Source of the DNA: Podarcis pityusensis
Taxonomy: Eukaryota
Strand: one strand, 5' to 3'
Length of the DNA stretch: 64,000 nucleotides
Assembly: GCA_964106645.2 (NCBI GenBank)
Contig: OZ067039.1
A program made the position numbers and the translations under genes. Below the pieces are notes generated by a model. The model did not search any database. It worked only from the letters and a program-made list of their open reading frames with translations, and was not told the DNA's origin. Each line of letters starts with the position of its first letter. Positions within the stretch are counted from its first letter, which is position 1. Shown here piece after piece: positions 24,060-38,057 of this stretch.

Positions 24060-25393
24060 GTACCAGAACTTTTTATCATCGCAGCTTGGATTTCTTGCAT
24101 CATTTATTTAATGCTTCCTTCAACTGCATAGAATTGCCACTTGTCTGCTTCTCTTCCAAGTGTGTGTCTGACCCTGCTTCCTTCCCCACTTTCGTATTCT
24201 CCTTTACTATTGATCTAGCCTTACTTGCCAAGACTGGCTAGGCAAAGCGGTATGTAAGGCCATGCATGAAAACATGTTTTGATTGTCCACAGCTGCAGTA
24301 GTTGCTTAGCACCTTCCTTTCCTGATGATGTCAAAGCACTTTCTGAAGACAGGTAACCATTAAATTTTCACACTGATATTTTCCACCTTCTATCTTCCAC
24401 ATTCCACTTTAATGTGCCAGAGCCCTCAAGTGGCAATTGGCAGAAATTCATATTGCCATACATTTCCTTAGATTTTCCTGAATGGAAAGGCAATGTCAAA
24501 ATGTCAACCTGCATACAGCAAAATTAAATAGGCTCTGCTTTTTGTGATGTGCAATTGCCTCTGAGGTAGAACCCAGAAGCAAACTGTCAGTGCTGTTGTA
24601 CACTAGTTTGCTTTAGTGCAGGAAGTCAAGACTGTCCTTTTAGTCAAGGGCAGCTGCTGTAGGGATTTTAAGATGGGAACAGAGTAGCCTTCCTTAGAGT
24701 TGAGCAGGGCTCAGATTTGTATGAAGCTCCTAGTAGTGTCTGCTGCATCCCACAACGGTGCCAGACTCTGTTTCTGATATAATCTCAGGAGGGCATATTT
24801 TTATATGTATTTGATACCTTTGTATGCTTCTTTCCCCCAAAAAGAATTTTGATTACTATTAACAGGTTTTCCATGCAGATTCCTGTCTAGGTATCATTTG
24901 GTCCCAAATATGCTAAGCTTCAGACATGGACCTAAATGAGCTATTTCAGACAATTCTCTGGACCAGTGTTATTCACTGGGGCTTTTATTGCACATATTTT
25001 GGAGATGTGTGCCGTAAATATATAATTGCTACCTAAATAAGCTGTAATTGGATAATATAAGGTCAGGTGAGAGATAGCTTTATTTTATTTTATTGTTTAA
25101 GAACATGCATTAGTTAATAAAATTCAGTGAAGCACAGATCTAATGCCATACCCTACATGATACGGGGTAGGAGTCCACAGCAGAAATAAAGTTAGTTCCT
25201 CATTTTTTAATTAGTTGCTGCTGTTGCATGGTGCTGGAATCTTCCCTGCCTCTTACAGAGAGCTGTCCTTGATCTTCTGGATGTTAAAATTATGCTCTGG
25301 AAGTTAAAAGGATGCTGTACTGTTAATATTGCTGTAGCGATATCTCTTATTAAGATTAATGAATTAATTAGGTTCTGGGCATATTGGTGCTTA

Positions 25394-25478
25394 TAGAATC
25401 ATAGGATCAAAAACTGTAGAGTTGGAAAGGACCCTGAGGGTTATCTCGTCCAACCCCTTGCAATGCAGGAATCTCAAC
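25394..25478 (-). mobile_element. CR1 LINE 3' end
   Basis: ATAGAATCATAG...GAGTTGGAAAGGACCCTGAGGGTTATCTCGTCCAACCCCTTGCAATGCAGG. Confidence 0.75.
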
Positions 25479-28354
25479 CAAAGCATCCATGGCAGCTTGG
25501 ACGAGTCCATGGTACTACATGAAGAGGGTTGCACTGTAACTGTTAAAGTCACAGTCTTTAGTTTATGCAAATGGGTTTCTTCACCTTCTACCCTGAGCTA
25601 CTTTAGCTGTGCATTGTGAAATAGCTACTGCATTGTTTTTCTACCCTAGAGGCAGCAGTCTTTGAGTATAGAAAGTACAGGGGCTAGTCTGCCATTTTAT
25701 CTAGTGGATGCTTGCCTTACAGTGCTTTGAAGCCTTTCAGGATGGGAATGTGTTTCATTAGATTACCTTCCAATGCTTTCCAGTCTTGCCTTCCACTAGC
25801 TCTTACCTGTGCTTTTGTGCTATGCCACTTGTTCTTTGCAGCTGCCATCCAGCAGAATTTCTTACCCTTCCATTTTCAAGTAGTTATTATTCTAACACTT
25901 TCTTCTGAAAGCAGCAGATTGATAGTTTGTATGATTATTAGGTTTAAGCATGTGTTACTCTTGACTTGCCAGTTCATGGCAGCCATCTGAAGTGCACATG
26001 GTACAGGCAACTCACTGTTGACCAAGGTTAACTATGCAACCAGAGCAGCTTGCGAGCAAGGTGGGTTAGTTTCACTTGAGTCTGCACACCTGATCAGGTA
26101 CTGCCACAAAATCCCATCTCAGCTCCAACTTTTTGGCTTCATTTTTTTCAAATTATTTATTGGAAAACTTAATTTTAGTTAATTTCTCTTATATTTGAGT
26201 GAATGGGAAGATTCCAGCTTTAACTTTGAATTGTTTTTTTCTATTGTGGCTGTATAGAAAGTTTAAAATATGACCACTGTGTCTTTTATTGCCTAGAAGT
26301 CTAATGACAAAGAACAATCCCACAAATATTATTTTGTAAGCTGTCTATTGAATTGGCAGATGAAGAAACCTAGGTGACACTTGCAAATATATAGGATTGG
26401 CAACTACCTGTATAAAATACATTAGCTGTGTCTCAAAAAACATGTTGCTACCTGAAATTCTACATGTGAGAGACCACTGGGACTTTAAAAGTAGCCATGC
26501 CTAGGATTTTTCTGTAAATGGTGCACTTCCATGTCTTCTTTCTGGGTAAATGTAGTCAAAGAGGAACATGGCAGCTTGCTGCTTGAATTCCAAAGGAATT
26601 CATGGATCATATTGCTGGATAGTAAGTGAGACATTTTGCAATTTAAATGGTGCAGTGCCACTTTTCCTCTCTGGTACACTTCTCCAATGATTGATGGACT
26701 GTTTGTTTTAAAATGGATATTCAGAATCTTTATTCTTTTCATTAATGTAGAAGTGAAAAAGCATATAAGCTATATGCATTTTGGGATGCAGGCAACAATA
26801 TAGGCTTGAGTTATTTCACTAAGTACTGCTGTACAACCACTTTCTAAGCCAGGGTTGGGGGATCTTGTTGGATTCTAATGAGCTCCAACCAGCATGGCCA
26901 GTGGTGAGGGATGATGGTTGTTGTAGTCCAGGAACATCTGGAGAGCCACAAGTTCTGCATCCTGTTCTGTGGGACAGCATGCTGCATTTAATAATAGTAG
27001 TAGTAGTAATAATAATAATAATAATATTATAATATCCCACCCATCTGGCTGAGTTTCCCCAGCCATTTCATTTGGAATAGGTAGTAGAAAGCTTGGTGTT
27101 AAAAATGACCAGGTTTTGGAGGATGGGGAGATTAGGAAGATAGAATGCAGCTGCTAGAATTAAAATAAAACTATTTTTGTGCTTCGTTATGGAAGGAAAG
27201 TTTCCAGAGCGCAAAGACGCAGGCCCACATCTCTCAGCTTGCAGTTTCTGCAACCTGAAACTGCTCTTATCCCTCTGCAGATGATTCTGTGTCATGCTCT
27301 AGTTAACTTTTTCATTCAAATGCTGTCTTGGCCTTTGCCTGCTTAGCTTGTCTTCTCAATCACAAGAGGCCCGAGTTATGAAAGGCCTATAGATTGTTGT
27401 CTTGGGGGGGAAAAGATACAGAAGCACTTGCAGTCCAGCAGCGGAACGGCAGGTTGGAGGTAGACATTATTAAAATGGCCCTTCTAGGCAATATTGTTTT
27501 TAAAGTCTCCTTGTGTGAAAAGAACCTTTGCCTCCCATTGTTATGGAAGTCCTGCCTACTGTCCGCATGACAACCATTGGAGAATAAACAATTTCAAATA
27601 TCCCCAAATGAAAAAAAAATCCATACAAATTGAGCAACGATGACAAATTATGCCACTTGATTTTATTTGCATACATTATTTCACAGGGACGAACTGTAGA
27701 TTGTATTTTTTAAAGAAAATTAAGCACAGAATTCAAGATTGCTTGCTTATATAGAGACCAGCTTGGCCTTATATAGCAAAAAATCACTCCTTCGCAGAAA
27801 TGTAACAGACCAATGATGCTTCACTGTATTTGTGACTCTGGAATGCTACCACATGCTACCACATGAAGGCTGTTTCAGTCACTAGAAGTAAAAAAAAACA
27901 ACCCTTGAGATAACATGCTTTCTTCCTTTTGTCACTTCCGTTGCCAGGCCTATTTTTCTTTGTAAAAGTTTTTTTTTATTAAAAAAATACACATTCAAAT
28001 AGAAAGCTAAAAGGAAGTGTTAAGTCTAGTCTTCATTCTCATTCCCTGTGTGGGTGGTTGGCGTTCCTTGAACCTCACTCATAATCATATCTGTAATTTG
28101 CCTGGCACAGGATTAATTCAGTATATGCCAGGAAGAAACAGGATCAAGTGATTGAATTTTATCCATTTACTTAGAACCATTGAAATTGGTCACCTTAAGT
28201 TGGTCAAGTCCATTAATTTCGGTGATATGACTAACATTGGATATAAATCACTGTCTCTAAAGTACCTTCCATAAAAAGCCAGCCTATCTCCATGGCCCAT
28301 GAAGAATGTATGTTCAGAAGAATGCCAGTTTGTCTGGATAGCTGAAATATATTT

Positions 28355-28640
28355 AAATAAAAAAATCCTTCCAGTAGCACCTTTAAGACCAACTAAGTTA
28401 GTTCTTGGTATGAGCTTTCGTGTGCAAGCACACTTCTTCAGATACACTGAAACAGAAGTTGCCAGATCCTTCTATATAGTGAGAAGGTGGGGAGGGGTAT
28501 TACCCCCTCATACCAAGCTCATACCAACCTCATACGAAAGCTCATACCAAGAACTAACTTAGTTGGTCTTAAAGGTGCTACTGGAAGGATTTTTTTATTT
28601 TGATTATGGCAGACCAACACGGCTACCTATCTGCAACTGA
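28355..28640. mobile_element. Penelope-like retroelement end in inverted-repeat configuration
   Basis: CGAAAGCTCATACC...GTTGGTCTTAAAGGTGCTACTGG...GACCAACACGGCTAC motif typical of reptile Penelope-like ends; perfect 67-bp inverted repeat 28355-28421 / 28534-28600. Confidence 0.8.
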
Positions 28641-29301
28641 AATACATTTGTATGTATTTCATCATCTCTTGAGAGAAAGTGATCTTAGAAGTGACTACAT
28701 GGTTTGTGAGCCTTGAACTTCCAGGGTAGTGATAATATTTGGTGTAACTTCAGATTTTGAACAAGTGCTCAACCTATGAATATTGACTGGGTTTTTAAAA
28801 TTAAAGGCATGGGGACTGACACAGAGCATAATTAAATATAACCAAATATTTTTGGAAATATGGAGGATTCACAGTTATCTTTCTAATACTTCTGAAGGTC
28901 AGATATATTTTCCCCACCTAACCCAGCAGGATTGTGGCTTTAGAAGTTTGACTTCCATTAGTTTCATTTTTTCATGGAAATCTCTTTGCTAAAATGCAGG
29001 TCTTTTTATTTATTATTGCATAGATAGACATATTTCACTGAGAACATATCAGTAATGCTGACTTTGTAACTCATTCTCTAGAAGCATCAGGGACTTAATT
29101 TCTTAGTTTATGATATTTAATTTTAACCCTTTATCACATGTGTGGTTATTTCATGCATTCTTAATCAGAATATTAAATCACATTAAATCCACCGCTTCCT
29201 GGTTTAAAGTAACTAGTGGCTCACAAGCAGAGACAATATGGAGCTATTTGAACTGGCTTTAGGGGAATGCCTTAAAGCTGCAATGTGGGAAGTTTAAGCA
29301 A

Positions 29302-29440
29302 AAGAAGAAGAAGAGTTTGGATTTGATATCCCGCCTTTCACTCCCTTTAAGGAGTCTCAAAGCGGCTAACATTCTCCTTTCCCTTCCTCCCCCACAACAA
29401 ACACTCTGTGAGGTGAGTGGGGCTGAGAGACTTCAAAGAA
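29302..29440 (-). mobile_element. Squamate SINE 3' part with (CTT)n tail
   Basis: (AAG)n + TTTGATATCCCGCCTTTCACTCC...GTCTCAAAGCGGCTAACA...CTCTGTGAGGTGAGTGGGGCTGAGAG (L2-type tail plus CORE-like segment). Confidence 0.55.
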
Positions 29441-32400
29441 AACATTATTATGCCATGAAACTCCAGGTGCCTTTCCTGAGCAGTCAGGTATATAAGCTCT
29501 ATCAGCAGACTCAGTTTAGAGGTGATTTGCAAGAATAATTATTTCCATGACTTAAAATAATAAGTTGGGAATTTGCCCTTAACACAATATATCTTTTTTT
29601 CAAATACATCTGGTACAGGTTTCTATCACGTTTAATATGATTGGTACATTGAGCCTGGTTTCAACTCTGGTTAAACTGCTGGTTTAAAGAAGAGCCTTGT
29701 ATGGGCATGCCAGCAGCTGGAACTAGGTTGTCCTTTTAGCTGAGCTATCACCATTACAGTAATTTAAGCTGATTTATGAAGCTTGCAAAATGTGTAAGTC
29801 TGCTCTGCCTGCACTTCTGCCTCCCTGTTCCTAGCCATTGTCATTCAAAGTAGAGTTCATGTTGAATTCAGTCAGCGCTGGCCTGAGATGGCCATGTAGG
29901 GTTATGCCCCATAGCTGGCAAACCACATCATCTGAAGTATCTGGTGAATACTCCAATGTCGGCAGCCTAACTAGCGTTTCTCTTTTCCTCTGCTTCCATT
30001 CTGTGTGCAGTACCTGCTTATGCCCATCAAATGAACCTTCCTGCTTTGCTCTGCTTCTGTTTTGGCTTTCTTCCATGTCCTGTTCTTCCCACTACAACCG
30101 TTTTCTTCCCCTTTAATGTAACCTTTTCCAGTGTTGTACTGGATTGATTGACCATTTCTGCAGCATGATTTTCTCCTTTGCTGTGGTTCTCCTTTTGGCA
30201 GACAGAGGCTGACAGGTTTGCATGATCAAGCTGTAGTGTAGCATGCAGGCTTCTTCGATTGAGAGCTTGAGCGGGGAGCGTGTTATAAGAATGGATTTCT
30301 CCTTTACAGGCTATTACTATATTTGGATGCAAGGGGGAGGTGTACAGTGTAGTAGGGTGTGATGGGGAGAATAGCAGCTAGATTTGCCATGCAGTATTTT
30401 CACAAGCATTAATGTTTCTGGGTTTCTGAGTTGGTATATTGATATCTAGGATTAAGAGAGTATACCCTTTATCCTGTTGGGTGCAGCATGATTGATAATC
30501 TTTTACTTTCTTCATGCCCATCTGCTTCCAGGCAGAATTCTCTGCTGCTCTCCAGAGGGTCCCCATCCAATGGGACCATGCTAGTCTGGACAGTTCAGTT
30601 GAAACTTTGGTTCATATGCTCACATTTCAAACTGCACATCACAGAAAGCACGTGCTTAACCCAAGAAGATTAAGCCCTTTTCTGTTTACAGAAGCATCCT
30701 GACTGTCCTTGTGTTGGAGGGTACCTTAGCTCCATTAAAGATGGCGAAACCAGAGAGAAGCTGGTGTCCTTTCATGATATCTGCCTCTCTTTCTCCTTAC
30801 TTCAACAAACGTGATTCTGCTACTGGTTCTGAAAACTCTTTCTTATGTTATAAAGAAGGGTATAAGAAGAAGTTCAAGACTTCATTAATGTGGAACCTGC
30901 AGCTCTCAGAGATAAACAAATCCCAAGTTACAGTTGAATTGGGGGGAAAGTGAAAGCTGCCACTTCTGTCTGTCTTACAACATATGAATAAGCCCCGAGA
31001 TTAATATATGCCACTCCTCTTGCATCAATCAGGAGAGGCATATCACATAGTTCAGACCCACTACCAGGGGCCAAGCAAGCACAGTTGCATTGTGCTAGAT
31101 ATGGCACACATGATTCAGATATAAGCCAGCCTGGTACAAAAACTCGTATCAGCCTAGATAATTGTGTGTGTGTCAAGGCAGCTGAAACGCACTTTTTTGG
31201 CAAACCATATTCCCAAATAGAATTACTCACTGCCAAACTGGTTTAGTCCCATGAGACTGACTGTATAAGAAACATTATGTTCCTAAGGAGGCAGGAGAAA
31301 ACAGCAATGAATTCTGTAGAGCAGGCGTACCCAACATGTTGCCCTCCATATGTTGCTGGACTTGAATTCCCATCTTATCTGACCATTAGCCAAGCCAGCT
31401 GGGCTGGTGGGAGTTTGAGTCAAACAGCATTTGGAGAGCACTGTGTTTGCTACCCCTGCTGTAGAGGCTTCTGGAACACATTTATAAATGGCAGAACTGC
31501 TACTTCTTTGCCAATAAACTTTGCAGTGTTTGTCCATCACAATACTCTTATTAAGGTATTATTTTCACTTTATAGGTTTCACTCCCTCCAGGGTTAAATT
31601 ATACTGCTTCATTGGTCACTGGCTTGCTTTTGTTAATAGAGATTCTTAAGCAACTTTAATCTACTGCCTGCAGTTTGCTATAGGCACAATCCTATCTGTG
31701 CTTGACAAATCAGAGTGTTCCCAATAGTAGGAAGCCCCAAACCACTGCTGTAAGAGCATGCAATAGAGAGCCATTGGAGAGATAAGACTGAATGTTTTAT
31801 AAGAGAGATAATTTTTTAAAAAACCAAGTGAAGCCAGAAGAAAACTTTTGAGATTGTAGCTCAGTTCACTTGTAAATGTCTGCTCGGTGTGGGACTTGGT
31901 GAAATGATGATTTTCTATCCAGAAAAATCTATGAAAATTATCATTTGCTTATAACTGCAGTCATTTTTGTTGTAGACATAATCCTGACTCACCCTTTTGG
32001 TATTTTGGCCCCTGGATCCCTTGCTCTTTCAGAACCCTAAGGTACTCATTTTAAAAAGTTGTAGTAAAAGAAACAGATACAAAATGTAATTTTAAATTAA
32101 AAGATTGTCCCTGATTCTTTAACTTATAAACAGAATATTGCCCAAAACTATCTACAGACATGGTGTACATATTTAGATGGCAGTCAAAAGTGTTTGACGG
32201 ATTTGAACTGCGGAGGCTTAAAATACTACAGTGATATGCACCTATGTCCAATCCAGAGTCCATTTATTTGAGAAGGTCTGTTCTGAGCATGACTAATGTT
32301 GAATATCAGCACATGTTCCAAGAAAACTTTGAAATGACATGGATCCTACCAGATGGGTTTTTAATGAGCTTAAGACCAATCTCTGTTTATTTTTGTAGTG

Positions 32401-35400
32401 GTGATTTTCAAAATGAATGGGCTGTCCTCTCAATGCAGAATTCTGTTAACTTCACTAATTGCTGTAGCGCTTTGCTTTTGAAGTCACTTGCAGAGTCATA
32501 TACCCTTTCTTTAACCTATGTATTCTGGTGTGGGAAGAAAAGCCAAATTATAAAAAGAATGAAAAAGCCAGTTAAAGGAACAAATGTATGGCTCATAATG
32601 AGTTTTTTATTCTTTACATTGTTTCTGAGGAAACTCTTCCATAGTTCTCCCAAGGCACCACAAAGATACATTATGGTGCTGAAAAAGATTTTTTGAATTG
32701 CTCTGTGTGGCTCCTTTAAATCTAAAACCTATGCCATTGAAAACTTTATGAAAAATTGTTGCCAAACCTAAGCTATACAACATAGCTGTTCCATGAGCAA
32801 GACTGCAGTGTTTCTGAAAACTATGGGAGACCAGGAAGGAATATCACATTAAATAATGGTTTCTTAAATTAATGTAATTCAATAGTGTTTGAGACTTCAT
32901 CAGAGTTGAATCTCCCATTTTTGCTGCAATAACATTTCCACCTCTTTTAAATAGTTTTTATCCCCTAAAATAAGCAAATAGGTTAATGCTTTTCATACCT
33001 GCCAGGTGGAGACAACCTGGAGAGCAGATGTTTGTACAATGACACTTATATTTCTACCATTGATCTGCCAGGCTTGATCTGCTATTTGTGGAAACTAGGC
33101 CTTAGCTAGTTAGCTGCTTCTAAGATTAGTGACTTAGCTAGTCAGGACCCACCTATATACCCCAGTCCTTTGATGGAAATTGAAGCACCTTTAGATTATT
33201 TTGCTCCTTTGCCCACAGAACCAATCCTACCAACACATCCTCCAAACTTCTCATTAGAAATTTGTTTTACTGTTGCAACAGAAAACCTTAATAAAACCCA
33301 TACTATTTCCTCTATGTTGTATTTATAGCATACATTGTAATTAGTGCTTTAATCTTTGCCTTTCTGGTAATTGAATAAGTTTGGAGAAATTCAAGGTAGC
33401 ACTGAGGAGATTGCTCTATTGGTGCAAGCAGTTCTGCTTGTTTGATGGAAAAACCTCTACACTCCCCCTGTGGCATTCTGGGGAGTCTCTAAAACACCCC
33501 CCCCCCCCAGCCACTGGGTGGGCATTGGGGGGAAAACTGTTGTGTGGTGAAAGCATTTGCATGGACTTCTGCTAGTGAGACCATTTAGCTGAATCTGGTG
33601 CCTTGTGCTTTTTTGTCAATCTGGACTGCAGAAATTTTCATTCATTTCTTGTATTTTTTTTCTTTGCTTTCAGGTTATACTAGAAGCTCCTTTTCAGGGA
33701 ATTTAAAAATCCTGCACTGACCATTTTAGAATTCTCTTGTCCTTAGCAATAAAAATGATTATGCCTTTAAATATATATATATTTCAGAAATAGTCAGCTC
33801 TCCTTAATTAATTTTCTAGCTGAGGAAGCTTCCTTTTTGGACTTGAATTCAGATGACCTGTACTCCATTGGTTTGCTCCTATCCTCTGCCCCAAAGGATT
33901 ATGTACAAGCATTTTGTGGTCACTTGCAAGAGAAGCAAGCATCACCTTTAGTAGTTTTCATGAACTGGTACTAATTGAGATGAACCACAATTAAAAAAAC
34001 CCTGTTGGGGGTCTGTCTCACGTCCTCCATGATGTTGTTATCCTATAAATCTTTGTAGCGTGGACCACACTGCACATTACAATGAAACATACCAAGAATA
34101 AGCTGATCTGAGTGTTAAGACATCCCTTGTTACAATCTAACTTCATGACCTCTTTTGGCTAGCCTCAGTATCCCTTTCTCCACCTGTTGTACTGATCTAC
34201 CTTACATAAAAGTTGTAAGGATTATGGATGTAATATAAAGGGAGCTCTTTTAGCAGAAGATGTACATTTTGTTATCTTAATAGAGCTTCATTGTTTATAT
34301 TTTTAAAAGTTTTCCTATTTTATGCAGTCTCAGTCCTGGGGCCAGGAGAGTCCATGGGGACTTCTTACTTGCTTTCTTCAAACAGCAGCTCCTCTCTTTC
34401 CCCACGCCATACGAGACATTGTTTTTGAAGCTGAGGAGAATTTCAAGAGCAGTTTGTGACTTTTGTAAGAATTAGCTGTTCAAAGAAATGCAGTCAAAAC
34501 ATTTTACTGCCTCACTATGAACTATTATGCCTCTTTAGATCCCAGGACAGAATTCTAGCTCGCATGTTGCATTGCACGTTGATCTGTTATTCATGGCTGA
34601 CGCAGCTGCTCTCAAAGTGGAAGTTGGGGGCTGCCCAAGCATTGAGAGTGGGTTCACTTGTTACATATTTTGTATAGAACCTGGCACAATTCTTCTGAAC
34701 CATAATTCCTGCCTGAAATCATCACTTCTGCCCAAGTATCAGGAAACTGATACTTGAGAATCCACTTTAGTACCGGCAACCTATCATAACTAACTGACAG
34801 TAGCAGCACTTTTCTTTCTGCCTCTCCCACCTTAATATTTGCAACCTTGGAGGGGATAGAAGTGTTTCAGAAATTAAAATTAAAAAATAACGCTGTTACT
34901 GAGTTCCGTTGAGCAACCTTGTCATTGTTAGTGGCAAGATTGCAATATGGAAGCCAGTATTTCTACTTTAGCCAAGGGCTATTGTTGAGGTTGATGAAGG
35001 AAGTTGTGTGTGGCTGAGCTTTTTATTTTTCAAATGAGCAAGCAAATCCACTGGGGCCGGGGTGGGGAACTTGCGTCCTGCTAGACGTTGTTGAATTCCC
35101 ACCTCCCGCCAGCATGGCCATTGATCAAGGATGATGCAGGTTGGATTCCGGCTTCTGGAGGGTCACAGCTTCCCCACTCCAGCACTACGACTTATTCACT
35201 CGTTGATTTAAGGGACACTCCTATTCCCATTTTTAGAAATAAGCCATATCACCAAGAATATGAGTTGCAGCTTTGCTTGATCTCATGATGCACTGCTTAG
35301 CCTCTGAGCTAAGTGGAGGTGAGTTGGGATGTCTGTGTAGAATTGTTGTACTCTGGCTGTGTGCCTCGCTGTGTCTTCCTATTTTTGGATTAAAACCTAT

Positions 35401-36393
35401 GTAGACACAGGAAACCAGGTGAAATATGAAAGGTTATGGGAAGAATTGCAGTATCAAATAATTGTACACATTGTGCTGGAAAGATTAGATGTAACCATTC
35501 AGCTACTAACAGATGTTTCTAAAACCTGTGCAGCATGACTTCTGCTTGCCTGTGCTATTCCCAGGATACAGCAGTTTCTTGATCTAGGTGCCCTGAAGAG
35601 TCCCCTCTTTTAGATTTGTTCAAAAATGGATAGTTGCCCTTAGAAAGCTCTCTTCAGGCTTAGCAGAGACCTCTGTCTAAATATGCTTGTGCTAAGACCA
35701 AGCAGGAAGAAAGTTCTTGGTGCTATCTCACATCACACTCACTGCACAAGCCGCTGGGCAGAGAAACTAGGCTTTATCTTTAGTCCCAGAAGCAGGTTCT
35801 TTCTAAAAATGGATTTAATTTTAAACCACACATACTCTCCTTCCTGGTCCTAGGCCCAGATTAAGCCTGCAAACAACTTGCCAGTATAATATCCACACAG
35901 TCGTTGATCTGCCTACCAGGCAGGTCACTGATGCCTACCAATGTAACATGAATATGCCAGTTTATGGCTTATTCCCAGTCAACAGATGCCAACTGTTTTA
36001 ATATATGCATAGGCACCAACAGTCCAGTTTAACTTGCTGCATGGATCCTCATATGAGTGAAGCCTGGCCATCCTCTCAGAAAAACAGGGGAAGACCTATT
36101 CATTGTGCCCAGATAGAGCTATCCCCAGGATGGTACAGTTAAATGCTGTGGCTTCCACACAGATTTGAGAAGATGGGATTTTAGAACACCTTGGGAGTAC
36201 AGTAGGGCTAAGCTGACACCTCAGAAGTCAAGGTAACAACTGACTTTTTATTGGAACCACAGGCTGGTTTTCTAGCACCCCTGCCTTCAAGACAAGAAAC
36301 ATTGTGGGCTTGGGCTGCAAAGGAACCTAGCTTGAACCTGGAGCCCATGCACTGAAGCCTCTCTGCCTGACTTTTCCTCTCCTCTCCTCTCAG

Positions 36394-36544
36394 CATTGCA
36401 GCTTCCCTTAGCCAACGATGGAAGTAGCCGCTCCACCTCTTTGGACAGCTCGCCCCAGCATCATCACACTCATCCGTCACGCCCCCGAAACTTTCTGGGC
36501 CTGCCTCCTCAGCCCCCCTTCCACATGAACAAGAGCATGGAGAG
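36394..36544 (+). CDS. MAP2K7: MAP2K7 coding exon 3 (LQLPLANDGSSRSTSLDSSPQHHHTHPSRPRNFLGLPPQPPFHMNKSMES)
   Basis: Acceptor CTCAG|, donor GAG|GTAAGC; contains the D2 C-half (LQLPL) and D3 (RPRNFLGLP) JNK-docking motifs; 151 nt. Confidence 0.93.
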
Positions 36545-37416
36545 GTAAGCAGAACTAGAGCAAATGAGGCAGGTTCTGGTGTGCTGTGCTCATCTTCACT
36601 GCTGTATTGAGACCGGAGGGACCAACTTGTTTTGAGAAAGGGAAGCAGTTTGGAGCAAAAGTTTTATGTTGTGCTTGCCATTTGATCAGACAGGTCTGCG
36701 CACAAGACATGAAGCGTTTGCTGTCCTTGTGCCTGTACAGCCGTGGATAATAGCGTGTTGGGGAACTGAATGTTCTCTAGGCACTTTAATCTTGTTGCTT
36801 ATTGCTATTGCCACAGTCTTAACAGCTGCTTCACACTGTTCTTTTGATGTAAGAGGCAGAGCTTTTGAAAAGGGCTCCTGTCTCAAACCATCTTTGTTAG
36901 GTAGATATGGAACTTTCATAACCCCTAGTTGCCTTGAGTTGCATTTTTTTTTTTTTTGTAATATCATGTAATATCAGTAGCAGCCCATGCAAAGTTTAAA
37001 CTCTCCTGTTTGTGAATTAACGTGCTAAGTTTGTCTGCTAAATGAGTAATTTATAGCATGCACACAAAAATATACAGTAATGGCCCTGGGAGTTAGTAGA
37101 AGACCTGCTTTTTTGGGTTTCACCAGGTAATAAAAACTCATGATTTAACCTGCACTGTTCTGATCTGCAGATTGAGGTGTCTTGTTATGTAATTGACTTG
37201 TGAGTTGCTGGCTTTGAATTCATATTAGAAATTCTCTCATGATGGAGATCTACTAGTTCGTAGGGTTGTCTAGATGCCCTGGTTGAGAAGAGGAATGTGT
37301 GGTTCTCCATAGAGATGGAGTCCGTTTCTGCAGAGAGAAGGGTCTGAGATGTTCGTGTGCCATGGCTAAATGGAAGCAAACACAATATTTTTCCTTTTTT
37401 CTCTTTCCCTTTCTAG

Positions 37417-37483
37417 TATAGAGATTGATCAGAAACTGCAGGAAATTATGAAGCAAACGGGTTACTTGACCATCGGAGGGCAG
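37417..37483 (+). CDS. MAP2K7: MAP2K7 coding exon 4 (IEIDQKLQEIMKQTGYLTIGGQ)
   Basis: AG/GT boundaries, 67 nt, frame consistent. Confidence 0.96.
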
Positions 37484-37624
37484 GTGAGCTGACTTGAGAG
37501 GTGCAGCAGTTCGAAATATATTGAAGCCTGATGTATATTAAGAATTAACCAAAAGCAACTCCCCACCCTTTTCCATATAAAATGGATTGATGAGTAGCTT
37601 CTCTATGTGCTCATCTTCTCACAG

Positions 37625-37738
37625 AGATACCAAGCAGAAATCAATGACCTAGAAAATCTGGGTGAGATTGGAAGTGGGACGTGTGGACAGGTGTGGAAAA
37701 TGCGTTTCAAGAAGACTGGACACATCATAGCTGTGAAG
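37625..37738 (+). CDS. MAP2K7: MAP2K7 coding exon 5 (RYQAEINDLENLGEIGSGTCGQVWKMRFKKTGHIIAVK)
   Basis: Kinase Gly-loop and catalytic Lys; AG/GT; 114 nt. Confidence 0.97.
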
Positions 37739-38057
37739 GTGAGGTAGATCTACTGGGTGTTGAGTGGAAGATAGCTTAAGATGAAATGGCAGAGTTGGAC
37801 TTCTAGAGGGTTCATTGCTGGTGAAACTCTTAGGTGCCACAGATTATTTGGTTCCTGTGTCAGCTGTTGAGAGAGAATCCAGTTGGGCAGGATTAAGGGG
37901 GCCTTAACTTTCTTTGATGGAAAGTAGTGATGCTCTGTGAATTAATCATAAAACAGTTAAGGGCCATGAGGCCCTTTGTGGGTCAAAGCATTATCACCCG
38001 CGACTCTTTTGGCTCTTTCCACTTCTGCTCCTAATTTCCATTCTCTTCTCTGTTCAG

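Noticed and set aside
29820-30330. Possible extra exon or alternative promoter in MAP2K7 intron 2
   Set aside because: Acceptor-like sites and YGCY/TGCATG motifs are present, but there is no convincing donor or recognisable coding similarity.
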